Source of the DNA: Candidatus Dadabacteria bacterium
Lineage (GTDB): Bacteria; Desulfobacterota_D; UBA1144; Nemesobacterales; CSP1-2
NCBI GenBank assembly: GCA_963805855.1
Contig: CAWDVW010000005.1
Location: forward strand, 192,001-256,000
DNA length: 64,000 nt
Reading direction: 5' to 3'
The notes under the pieces are model-generated. The model made no database searches. It was not told the origin of the DNA and was given only the letters and a program-made list of their open reading frames with translations. The position numbers and the translations under genes were made by a program. Shown here one piece after another: positions 50,122 through 59,612 of this stretch; within the stretch, counting starts at the first letter, position 1, and each line of letters opens with the position of its first letter.

Positions 50122-51837
50122 ATGTTTGATAAAACTAAGATTAACTACATATTGTTTTTTGTAATATCCTTTGCAATTATAGTTGGATATTCCGTCTTCT
50201 TTGCACCTAAATCGACAAAGAAAGCTACTAAGATAGTCGGTGAGGAAGAAAGGGTTGTGGAACAACAAGCCCCTCCGACGAAACAGGAAATCCCACTAGA
50301 AGAACCAGTAAAAGAATACGTGATCCCTAGCGAACCGAAGGGAGAGCTCATAACCATAAATACACCCTTATACAGTGGAACTATTGACACTGCCGGGGGA
50401 AGGATAATTAGTTGGAATCTGGAAAAATACAGAGAAACAACCTCAATAGATTCTCCGACTGTTAACCTTTTCAAAGATTCACCACCTTCTTATAACTTTA
50501 ATCTGAAGCTCAAGGGCCTTGATATCCCGGACATCATACCATTCAAATATGATGGCAATAAGGTGCTGGACTTGCGTGATGAAAAGCATGATTTAGCTCT
50601 CTACTGGAAATCACCGGACGGAATCGAGGTCAGGAATATATTCACAATTAACCCCGAAAGTTATCTGCTCGAACAAAGATTTGAGGTCACAAATCCAACA
50701 GATTCTAATGTCAACCAGAGACTATCGGTCGAATGGTATGATCAAATACAAAATAAAGGCAGAAATCAAAACAATAAGGATTTTATTGCTTTGGTCTCTG
50801 ACAAAGTCGAACGAATCAATAGTCTGCCCGGAGAACCCACCCAGTGGAAAGGTTTAATAAGCTGGTTTGGTTTCTCAAACAAATATTTTCTCAAAGCATA
50901 CCTCACCGAAATTGGTGGGGAGACTCAAATTATTTTCACGTCAGTTGGAAGTGATAGTCTTGGTAGAGCCGTCTATCGATATCCTGATGATATCGTACCA
51001 CGGGGTACCACCTCAGTTCACAAATCCAAGTTATTCTTAGGCCCTAAGGACTATCAAATATTGAAATCCGTAGGTTTCGAACTCCAAAATGCGATAAACT
51101 ACGGATGGGCTGGCATTATCGCGAGGCCCGTCGGTCAGCTGCTTACATATATAAACACCTATATCCGCAACTATGGCGTTTCAATAATCGTCATAACTAT
51201 TATTATGAGACTAATTTTCCTTCCGCTGACTGTAAAGAGCATGGCCTCTATGAAAGAGATGCAGAACAAGATGCAGGAGATTAAACCGAAGATCGATGAT
51301 CTCAAAGAGAAGTATAAGGATGATAAGACAAAGCAAAATACGGAGCTTATGAAATTATATTCCAGTTATGGTATCAACCCGCTCAGTAGCCTCGGTGGAT
51401 GTCTTCCACTCTTGATTCAGCTTCCGGTCTTCATCGCCCTATATGAAGTACTGCTGTACTCAATAGAACTTCGACAAAGCTCATTTCTATGGGTGAAAGA
51501 TCTCTCCGAACCCGAGACCCTTTTCACTATACCTGGAATCGGGATACCGTTCAGGATATTGCCACTGGTCATGGGTGCATCGTGGTATCTTTCACAAAAG
51601 ATGACTCCCACAACAACTGTCGGAACCGACAATATGCAGATGAAAATGATGCAATTCATGCCCTTGATTTTTACGGTGATGTTCTGGGGATTACCCTCAG
51701 GGTTGATACTATATTGGACAGTGAGTAACATACTATCAATAGGTCAACAACTTTACGTAAACAGTCGTTCTAGGGTGCCAAAAGGAGGAAATATCAATGC
51801 CGATAGTGATAGAAAGAGAAGGAAAGACCGTGTCTGA
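50122..51837 (+). CDS. yidC: Membrane protein insertase
   Basis: NKYF, LFLGPK, NYGVSII, GGCLPLLIQLP, WVKDLS, PSGLILYW. Confidence 0.97.
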   Translation: MFDKTKINYILFFVISFAIIVGYSVFFAPKSTKKATKIVGEEERVVEQQAPPTKQEIPLEEPVKEYVIPSEPKGELITINTPLYSGTIDTAGGRIISWNLEKYRETTSIDSPTVNLFKDSPPSYNFNLKLKGLDIPDIIPFKYDGNKVLDLRDEKHDLALYWKSPDGIEVRNIFTINPESYLLEQRFEVTNPTDSNVNQRLSVEWYDQIQNKGRNQNNKDFIALVSDKVERINSLPGEPTQWKGLISWFGFSNKYFLKAYLTEIGGETQIIFTSVGSDSLGRAVYRYPDDIVPRGTTSVHKSKLFLGPKDYQILKSVGFELQNAINYGWAGIIARPVGQLLTYINTYIRNYGVSIIVITIIMRLIFLPLTVKSMASMKEMQNKMQEIKPKIDDLKEKYKDDKTKQNTELMKLYSSYGINPLSSLGGCLPLLIQLPVFIALYEVLLYSIELRQSSFLWVKDLSEPETLFTIPGIGIPFRILPLVMGASWYLSQKMTPTTTVGTDNMQMKMMQFMPLIFTVMFWGLPSGLILYWTVSNILSIGQQLYVNSRSRVPKGGNINADSDRKRRKDRV

Positions 51838-52480
51838 AGCGATAATAAGAGCATGTGAGGATTTAGGAGTAACCAGAAACGATATTGACGTTCAGGTCTT
51901 GGAAGAGGGTTCGAAAGGGGTATTGGGAATCGGAGGTAAGGAAGCCCGTATAAGGATCACGGTAACAAGGCCAGATGTCAGTGAAAAGGGACTAAAAGCC
52001 AAGAAAGCACTTCAAGAAATACTGGGATATATCGTCTCTTCACATTCTATTACCTTAAAGGAAACCGCAGATAGAATTAAACTTGATGTAAAGATCAGCG
52101 ATGACAAGGGGCTTTTGATTGGCAGGAAAGGCGAGATGATCAAGGCGCTGGAATACATCACCGGTAAAATTGCCGGAAGGTTTTGTGAAGAGGGACGGGA
52201 AAAAAGGGTATTAATCGACATCGATGATTATAAGAGAAGGAGAGAAGAATCTATTTCGAGAATGGTAAAGGATACGGTTAAAAAGGTAAGAAAGATCGGG
52301 AAGCCAATCACGCTTGAGCCAATGTCCGCCTTTGAAAGGAGAATTACATACATAACCCTAAAACAGGAATCAGGAATAACCTACGAAACAAGGGGCACTG
52401 GTGAGGAAAAGAGAATTGTGATAAATCCACAGAGACATAATAGAGCCAGAGACCGACAGTCAAACCAAATGGGGACTTAA
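51797..52480 (+). CDS. jag: Jag/EloR/KhpB RNA-binding protein
   Basis: Jag_N (GKTV.EA..GVLGIG), KH (LIGRKG), R3H-like LEPMSAFERRI. Confidence 0.92.
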   Translation: MPIVIEREGKTVSEAIIRACEDLGVTRNDIDVQVLEEGSKGVLGIGGKEARIRITVTRPDVSEKGLKAKKALQEILGYIVSSHSITLKETADRIKLDVKISDDKGLLIGRKGEMIKALEYITGKIAGRFCEEGREKRVLIDIDDYKRRREESISRMVKDTVKKVRKIGKPITLEPMSAFERRITYITLKQESGITYETRGTGEEKRIVINPQRHNRARDRQSNQMGT

Positions 52481-52575
52481 TTCATATTCCAGGCATGGTA
52501 AAGTTCGTACCTCCTGAGCTCCAGGACAAAATACAAGCATAAACCAATAAAGAATATTCATATAAAGGGAGCCAT

Positions 52576-52893
52576 TTGATGAGTTCTGATAAACCCACAA
52601 AGAGTGAAGACGAATATTTCGCTAAGGAAGACGCTGAAAAGGCAAAGCGCCTCAAGGACAAATTAAGGGGCGAGATTTTAGAAGAGCAAAGGAAAAATAT
52701 AAAAGAAATTTGCCATATGAAATGTCCAAAGTGTGGAGGGGACCTGAAAGAAGTAGTATTTCGCGGCATAAGGATTGATAAATGTAATGCATGTAACGGC
52801 GTGTGGCTCGACGATGGTGAGCTCGAGAAGCTTGCCGGTACTGAGGAGAAAAGTTCATTAAGAGAAATTATCAGCCTCTTTAAGGCTAGTTAA
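52576..52893 (+). CDS. zf-TFIIB-type Zn-ribbon protein
   Basis: SEDEYF, MKCPKCG, IDKCNACNGVWLDDGELE. Confidence 0.88.
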   Translation: MMSSDKPTKSEDEYFAKEDAEKAKRLKDKLRGEILEEQRKNIKEICHMKCPKCGGDLKEVVFRGIRIDKCNACNGVWLDDGELEKLAGTEEKSSLREIISLFKAS

Positions 52894-52897
52894 TCCC

Positions 52898-53359
52898 TCA
52901 GCCTCTTAAACCCTGAAAAAAATCTCTCAGTAATTGAGCACATTCTCTCTCCAACACTCCTCCAGAGACCTCGACAATGTGATTTAGTCTTCCATCGCTA
53001 CCTATATTATAGTTCGAAACTACGGCACCCGATTTTGGATCATCGGCACCAAATACTAATCTTCTTAACCTCGCAAGCACAATCGCCCCGATGCACATCG
53101 AGCATGGTTCAAGGGTAACATAAATCGTACTTTGGTTAATTCTAGTGCTTTGGTGCTTTTTTGCGGCTTCTCTTATGGCTATTATTTCAGCGTGAGCAGT
53201 AGGATCAAACGATGTCTCACAAAGATTATGGGCACGGGAAATAATTTCCTTATCGTTTCCTACCAGGACAGCGCCGACTGGAACCTCGCCGCTTAGCCCA
53301 GCCCTCATAGCTTCTTCATAAGCCAATCGCATAAAGGCTTCGTCCCTGTCATGGGTCAT
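52898..53359 (-). CDS. tadA: tRNA adenosine(34) deaminase
   Basis: GEVPVGAV, DPTAHAE, TLEPCSMC, LNH, L..FF..LR. Confidence 0.95.
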   Translation of the reverse strand: MTHDRDEAFMRLAYEEAMRAGLSGEVPVGAVLVGNDKEIISRAHNLCETSFDPTAHAEIIAIREAAKKHQSTRINQSTIYVTLEPCSMCIGAIVLARLRRLVFGADDPKSGAVVSNYNIGSDGRLNHIVEVSGGVLERECAQLLRDFFQGLRG

Positions 53360-53402
53360 AGAAGTAAGTGGTGTAGAAAGACTGAACAGCTAAATTTTAT
53401 CC

Positions 53403-55130
53403 TTACTTACGAGCGCTGAACTTAAGACCCGTTGTTGCGCGATCCCAGGTCTTTTCTGCAATCTCTTTTATTTCCGCCACCTTGATCTTCTGAGTTGCAG
53501 TAACGGGGAATCCATCCTCGTAAACCTCTATAAACCTTGGAACCATTGCCACCATTACCTGATCTGCCATCCATTTGCTAAACTCCACTGGATCAAACGA
53601 GGCCCCGGGCTTCAAAGTTACATTGAGCTTGATCTCGTCATCAGAAACATTTGGAAGCCTGATGCCAACCGCTATCGCCTCTTGAATAGACTCATAACGC
53701 ATCGCCAGATCCTGCACCGCTATAGGATCAACGTTCTCCCCTGACACCCGTATGCGGCTGAATCTCCCAACGAAGTAATATCTTCCATCTATCCCCCTTG
53801 CAAACAGGTCATCTGAATTGAAAAACCCATCATCATCAAAGGCCTCCCTCGTTCTCCTTTCGTCTTTGAAATATTCATTTAGTGTGGTGTGGGGAACCAA
53901 CGGTTTAATAAAAACCAATCCCTTTGCCTCTTCGGGCGGCGTGTGATCTTCATACGGATCCCAGAACGGCCTAAGAACCTTGTCACTATCTTGCGGGTCG
54001 CGGAGTTCAACATAGTAGCCCTCCATCGGGAAACCTGACGAACCAGGACGGTGATCCTCCGGATCCTTCCAAAGAACCATGCCCATCTCAGTCGACCCAT
54101 AACCGTCTATAACACGAACCCCGAATCTGTCCTGAAATTCCCGAAGATTACGGGGAGCTGGAGAGCCAAGCATTATCCGAATCTTATGCTTATTATCCCA
54201 TTCGCTTGGTTTAGCGGCCCACAGATACTCTGCTATCGCTCCCAACATATTTGCACATGTAGCCCCGCACTCAGATGCCCACTTCCAGAAGCTCGATGCA
54301 GAGAATCTAGGATAAAATACCGCTGTGGCACCGGCTCCAACGGCACTGAATAGACACATAACCTGCGCGTTTGCGTGACCAAGCGAAAGGACGCTCATTA
54401 AGACATCTTCACTACGTATGCCTTGCTGCTGGAGATATCCGCGCACAGTCATTACGACGCCGCCGTGGTTGCGGGCAACACCCTTCGGCATTCCGGTAGT
54501 ACCCGACGTAAACATGCATCTTTCCATATCAGAAACCGCTACGTCAACGCCCGGGTTATCCTCCGAAAACCCATCAAAAGCGCTGAATGGAAGGGTCTTT
54601 ATTCCATTTATGTCTTTTGGAACGGCGCCGGGATCATCTGTTACAAAGATTGTTTTCAGATTAGTCAGATCCTTCGAAATCTCCTGAATAAAAGGAACGC
54701 TACCCGGATCAACGACCAAGGCAACCATGTCCGAATAATTTATAACGTATGCAAGCCTCTCACCCTTTTCGTCCTTATTGATAGGCACCTGAACTCCGCC
54801 GGCCTTGTGAATAGCGATAATAGATGCCACATACTCGGAGCAATTAATCATATACATGCCTACCTTATCGCCCTTTTTTACGCCAAATTCCTGTATAAGA
54901 CCATTTGCTACCCTGTTCGCCCATTTATTGGTCTCTCCATATGAGTAACTTTCTACAAGTTTGCCGTCCTTATCAGCAACCCTGAACATCGTCTTGTCAG
55001 GATAATTTTCGGCTCCCTTCTCTAAGTATCGCGTTATTGGCAACCATTCAGATGTATCATCAAAGGTACCGTTTGGTAAAGTCCCCTTACCCATGTACTT
55101 AGAATCGCGTGGTTTGAATAGCAGAAGCAT
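53403..55130 (-). CDS. Acyl-CoA ligase (AMP-binding, CaiC-like), paralogue 1
   Basis: FTSGTTGMPKGV, GYGSTE, SGENV, TATQKIK. Confidence 0.92.
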   Translation of the reverse strand: MLLLFKPRDSKYMGKGTLPNGTFDDTSEWLPITRYLEKGAENYPDKTMFRVADKDGKLVESYSYGETNKWANRVANGLIQEFGVKKGDKVGMYMINCSEYVASIIAIHKAGGVQVPINKDEKGERLAYVINYSDMVALVVDPGSVPFIQEISKDLTNLKTIFVTDDPGAVPKDINGIKTLPFSAFDGFSEDNPGVDVAVSDMERCMFTSGTTGMPKGVARNHGGVVMTVRGYLQQQGIRSEDVLMSVLSLGHANAQVMCLFSAVGAGATAVFYPRFSASSFWKWASECGATCANMLGAIAEYLWAAKPSEWDNKHKIRIMLGSPAPRNLREFQDRFGVRVIDGYGSTEMGMVLWKDPEDHRPGSSGFPMEGYYVELRDPQDSDKVLRPFWDPYEDHTPPEEAKGLVFIKPLVPHTTLNEYFKDERRTREAFDDDGFFNSDDLFARGIDGRYYFVGRFSRIRVSGENVDPIAVQDLAMRYESIQEAIAVGIRLPNVSDDEIKLNVTLKPGASFDPVEFSKWMADQVMVAMVPRFIEVYEDGFPVTATQKIKVAEIKEIAEKTWDRATTGLKFSARK

Positions 55131-55320
55131 ATTTATCCTCCTTCACTAATTTACGGTATTTTATTTAAAAAGCGGTTTAAAAACATTTTAACCAAATTCT
55201 TTTAATTAGCTATCTTTAAATGTCACATAGATCTTCTAAGTCACAGTATACTTGCACCAAGATCAACGAACCATTCAAAAGGACAACTATTTTACCCTAT
55301 TTTTTTAATCCAAAACAAGT

Positions 55321-55625
55321 GTTGTCGCGACCGGAACATCATCACCCGATCTCTCTACATGATTAGTGGCTGCCCATAGAAAGAGCACGACATCGTGGTT
55401 AGAAACATCATAGGAAGCAGTATTTTTAGCATAGGGATTCTTGGATTCCTTTCGATTATTCATCCAATTAATGTCAACTCAAGCGTCCTGAAGTATGAGC
55501 TTCCGGTCATGATTCTCTTCGCATTATCGGCGATTCCGATAATGAAGACGGGCTCCAAAGTATCCCGCCTTGAAGGAGTTTTTCCTCTCCTATTCTATTC
55601 ACTCTTTGTCATTTTCCTTTTCTGA
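55321..55625 (+). pseudogene. C-terminal remnant of a Ca2+/Na+ antiporter (YrbG family)
   Basis: VVATGTSSPDLST*LVAAHR / EHDIVVRNIIGSSIFSI, a degenerate alpha-repeat (GTSxPE..GNIIGSNIFN) with TGA at 55360 and a frameshift near 55382. Confidence 0.82.
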
Positions 55626-55935
55626 AGTAGGTGATACGTTACACAACAAAAACTAATGTGAGAGAAGAAGGGCGCACCCATTCCTGCCAACAAAGATAAA
55701 CGATGTGCCGTCGTGTTTATATTTTAAATGGTCTAGATTTGTTCTTGCTTTAATTTCAGCTCGGCGCTAGTATGATCTATGATAGTAGAAATTAGACTGC
55801 ACAAGCACTATTAACATTATAGTCATCGAATATTATGCTTAATCAATATTATTCTCCAACAGAGCTTTTCTGCCATCCATTGCGTCCGTAGCCCAATACT
55901 ATGGTCAAATGACGATGCCACTTGGGGAAAATAAT

Positions 55936-56493
55936 ATGGAAGAAAAGGAATTATTAAAGTTAATAAAAAGCAATTATGGTGCGATAGCAGAGGATTTGCT
56001 AGAGAGTAAAAGAGTTGATGAAATAAAAACAGCAATTGAAGCTTTTCTTGATCAAAAATTAACTGGCAACGATTTGTTGTCGTTAAGATATAAAAAATTT
56101 AGATCTGGTTCAGAAACAATACCTACGCTTTGGTCTGATGAGAAGGGATTATACCCGAGGAACGGCTTAGCGTATTTGAAAAATTGGTTGAATTATTTAG
56201 AGCAATATTTAGACGCCAAACGCGTAAAAAAACGTCTTGAGAATGAAAATTTGTGGGTTGAATCACATTTTGAGAGTGGAGAAGAGCACCTGTTTATTGG
56301 AGATAAGGATAAACGTGGCCAGCATGTACACGTTATTCGCGGTAGGACCGGAGAGTTAAGAGTAGATGAGAAAGATTTAGCTCCCCAACATTTGGTTTCA
56401 AAGGTTGAATCGACGCTCGAAGTTACCCTTGTTAGCGGACAGAAGGTCAGGTCAGTTAAGGGAATTTTAGAGTTTATAAAAGATAGTGAATAA
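55936..56493 (+). CDS. Hypothetical protein (orphan)
   Basis: Long AT-rich ORF; probable start MEEKELL at 55936 after GGGGA; no family recognised. Confidence 0.72.
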   Translation: MEEKELLKLIKSNYGAIAEDLLESKRVDEIKTAIEAFLDQKLTGNDLLSLRYKKFRSGSETIPTLWSDEKGLYPRNGLAYLKNWLNYLEQYLDAKRVKKRLENENLWVESHFESGEEHLFIGDKDKRGQHVHVIRGRTGELRVDEKDLAPQHLVSKVESTLEVTLVSGQKVRSVKGILEFIKDSE

Positions 56494-56589
56494 ACCATTA
56501 CAATTCCTCTAGTAATTCAAGGCGTGCCATTGTGAACAGCCACTCTTAGAAAAATAATATAGTTTACTTAACAAGGGCCGTTCAAACCG

Positions 56590-56880
56590 TGTCATGTCGA
56601 GTCGACCCAATATGTCATCTCGAACCTTGTCCTGAGCGACCGCGAAAGAACTGTGAGAGATCTTGTAGTTAAGCCGGAAAATACAAAAGCAACGGAAAGA
56701 TTTCTCATTTTCATTCGAAATGACAGGAGGTGGGCGAAAGGAAAACATTTCTCGGTCGTCGTGGCACCTAAGTCTGTCATCTCGAACGAACGTGAGAGAT
56801 CTTAGTACTAACGTCGGCAAAAGCAAAAGACAATGGAAAGATTTCTCATGGAGCCTGTACTAAGCTCATCCGAAGTGCTC
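56590..56880. repeat. Cluster of GTCAT-type REP-like palindromes
   Basis: Two TGTCATCTCGAAC..GTGAGAGATCT arms (56613, 56775), each followed by AAAGATTTCTCA; the first is closed by TTCGAAATGACA. Confidence 0.8.
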
Positions 56881-56958
56881 AGTGTGAACGGAGATAATTC
56901 AATTTTGACGAAACCAGGAAGTGAGTTCTACGCCTGATAACGCTATCGAATCGATTTG

Positions 56959-58686
56959 CTATTTTCTTGCGCTGAACCTGAGGTTGGTCTTCGCCCTGTC
57001 CCAGGTATTATCGGTGATATTCTTTATCTCGGCGACCTTTATCTTCTGCGTCGCAGTTACGGGAAATCCTTCCTCATATACCTCAATAAACCTCGGAACC
57101 ATCGCAACCATAACCTGATCGGCCATCCACTTGCTGAACTCAACCGGATCAAAGGAAGCACCTTCCTTCAGTGTGACGTTCAGCTTTATTTCATCGTCTG
57201 CCACATCCGGCAGCCTGAGCCCCACGGCAATGGCTTCCCGTACCGCATCATAGCGCATTGCAATATCCTGCACGGCGATCGGATCGACATTTTCGCCTGA
57301 TACCCTGATCCTGCTAAACCTTCCGAGGAAGTAGTACCTGCCGTCGATTCCCCTTGCAAATAGATCATCGGAGTTAAAGAATCCATCGTCGTCGAACCCC
57401 TCTCTTGTCCTTCTCTCATCCTTAAAGTACTCGGTAAGCGTCGTGTGGGGAATAAATGGTTTTATAAAGAGTAATCCCTTCGCATAATCGGGGGGGTTGG
57501 GAATTTCGACCGGATCCCAGAAGGGGCGGAGGACCTTGCTCGTATCCTCGGGATCTCTCAGCTCTACATGGTACCCTTCCATCGGGAAACCTGATGAACC
57601 GGGCCGAAAATCCTCCGGGTCTTTCCAGGTTACCATACCCATCTCTGTAGACCCATAACCGTCTATTGCCCGAACCCCGAATCTTTTTTCAAATTCCCTG
57701 TGATTTCTTGGCGCGGGACCGGCAAGGACAGTACGGACCCGATTTTTTCCATCCCACTCGCTCGGTGGCGCGGCCCAGAGGTATTCCGAGATAGCTCCGA
57801 GCATATTGGTGCAGGTCGCACCGCATTCAGTTGCCCATTTCCAAAAGTTCGACGCGGAAAAACGAGGATATAATACCGCCGTTGCCCCGGCACCGATGGC
57901 GCTGAAAAGACACATTACCTGGGCGTTGGCATGACCCAAAGTAAGTACACTCATCAATACGTCCTCACTGCGAACCCCATGCTGAAGAATGTACCCCCTG
58001 ACAGTTAGAATGACACCGCCGTGATCTCTTACAACCCCTTTTGGCATTCCCGTTGTCCCCGAGGTAAACATGCACCGTTCCATATCCGCTACTGTGACTT
58101 CAATCCCCGGATCATCTGATGAAAAATCATTAAATGTTGAAAAAGGCAGGGCCTTAATTCCACCAATCTCATCGGGCACATCCTTCTCGTCCCCGGTCAT
58201 AAATATGGTCTTGACCTTCGTTAAATCCTTGGCAATCTCCCGGATCAGTGGAAGGCTATCGGGGTCGATCACCAAAGCCTTCATATCCGAATAGTTTATG
58301 ACATAGGCCAACCTCTCACCCTTCTCGTCCTTATTAATCGGCACCTGTACAGCCCCGCTCTTATGAATCCCGATAATCGAAATTACGTACTCCGAGCAAT
58401 TGATCATATAGATGCCGACCTTATCGCCCTTTTTAATCCCGAACCTCTTCCTCAAACCGTTGGCAACCCTGTTTGCCCACTCATTTGTCTCCTTGTAAGA
58501 ATAGCTTTCAGTAAGATTTCCGTCCCTGTCACCGACCCTGAACATCACCTTTTCGGGAAACGTCTCCGCTCCCTTTTCAAGGTAACGAGTTATGGGCAAC
58601 CACTTCGCCGTATCGTCAAATGAGCCATGCGGCAGCGTGCCCTCTCCGATAAACTTGGAATCTCGCGGTCTAAAATATAAAAGCAT
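56959..58686 (-). CDS. Acyl-CoA ligase (AMP-binding, CaiC-like), paralogue 2
   Basis: Same 575-aa length and colinear with paralogue 1; same motifs. Confidence 0.92.
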   Translation of the reverse strand: MLLYFRPRDSKFIGEGTLPHGSFDDTAKWLPITRYLEKGAETFPEKVMFRVGDRDGNLTESYSYKETNEWANRVANGLRKRFGIKKGDKVGIYMINCSEYVISIIGIHKSGAVQVPINKDEKGERLAYVINYSDMKALVIDPDSLPLIREIAKDLTKVKTIFMTGDEKDVPDEIGGIKALPFSTFNDFSSDDPGIEVTVADMERCMFTSGTTGMPKGVVRDHGGVILTVRGYILQHGVRSEDVLMSVLTLGHANAQVMCLFSAIGAGATAVLYPRFSASNFWKWATECGATCTNMLGAISEYLWAAPPSEWDGKNRVRTVLAGPAPRNHREFEKRFGVRAIDGYGSTEMGMVTWKDPEDFRPGSSGFPMEGYHVELRDPEDTSKVLRPFWDPVEIPNPPDYAKGLLFIKPFIPHTTLTEYFKDERRTREGFDDDGFFNSDDLFARGIDGRYYFLGRFSRIRVSGENVDPIAVQDIAMRYDAVREAIAVGLRLPDVADDEIKLNVTLKEGASFDPVEFSKWMADQVMVAMVPRFIEVYEEGFPVTATQKIKVAEIKNITDNTWDRAKTNLRFSARK

Positions 58687-58736
58687 GAGCTTCCCTACTC
58701 ACTGAAATAAACCCACCACCCACGAATACAAATCGC

Positions 58737-58752
58737 AGCAAGTACCGTGCCA
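58737..58752 (-). promoter_or_regulatory. Sigma-54 (-24/-12) promoter
   Basis: Minus strand TGGCACGGTACTTGCT, full consensus match, 50 bp before the ligase start. Confidence 0.88.
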
Positions 58753-58972
58753 ATGAACATTCAATTCATGTTTCTAATTACATGCCAAGTCATCTGCGGT
58801 GTATGCTTCGGCACAAGATATGATAACTTAAGCTGTGCCCAAATATTAAGCAGAAAAACCTATTTAATAAGCATTCATTTGTCGTATGTCATGAGTCGCA
58901 GGGTTCAAGAAGCTTTAAAAAGCTTGAACCCCCGATTTTTTTATCCACATATAATAACGGTAAATATTAATA

Positions 58973-59548
58973 TTAGTTTCTCTTCGCGATATCTATAAAG
59001 TTTTTCAAGACATCTTTTCCGAAATGTGTGAGTATTGACTCGGGATGAAACTGGACCCCCTCGAGCACGTATTCTTTATGCCTTATACCCATTATCTCCC
59101 CTTCGTCCGTCCATGCGGAAATCTCAAATTCATCGGGCAGCGATTTCTCTTCTACTATGAGGGAATGATACCTCGTCGCTTCAAAGGGATCGGGTATCCC
59201 GGAATAAATACTCCTAGCGTCATGATGTATCATGGACGTCTTACCGTGCAGAAGTCTTTTTGCTCTTACAATGTTTCCGCCCCTTGCATATGCCAGTGAT
59301 TGGTGACCCAGACATACCCCGAGCATTGGTTTTTTCCCAAAAAACTCCTTAATCAAATCGACGGAAATACCGGCTTCCCTTGGAGTGCAAGGACCGGGAG
59401 AAATCATTATCATCTCCGGGTCGAGCCTGCCGACGCCCTCCAGAGTAATTTTATCATTCCTGAATACTACAACCTGCTCCCCGAGCTCGCCAAGGTAGTG
59501 AACAAGATTGTAGGTAAAGGAATCATAGTTATCTATCATCAATATCAT
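58973..59548 (-). CDS. trpG: Anthranilate/aminodeoxychorismate synthase component II
   Basis: IDNYDSFTYNL, SPGP, GVCLGHQ, RYHSL, QFHPES. Confidence 0.93.
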   Translation of the reverse strand: MILMIDNYDSFTYNLVHYLGELGEQVVVFRNDKITLEGVGRLDPEMIMISPGPCTPREAGISVDLIKEFFGKKPMLGVCLGHQSLAYARGGNIVRAKRLLHGKTSMIHHDARSIYSGIPDPFEATRYHSLIVEEKSLPDEFEISAWTDEGEIMGIRHKEYVLEGVQFHPESILTHFGKDVLKNFIDIAKRN

Positions 59549-59612
59549 TGATCATACCCCGAATTATTATACATTATACGGTCCAATTCACCGCTTGGTA
59601 AGCGTTGTCCCG

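Noticed and set aside
55775-55793. Minus strand AATTTCTACTATCATAGAT resembles a Cas12a direct repeat
   Set aside because: Single copy, the TCTAC/GTAGA stem is broken, no spacer array or cas gene
58941-58949. TTATCCACA DnaA box as oriC
   Set aside because: Isolated box, no cluster, no dnaA nearby
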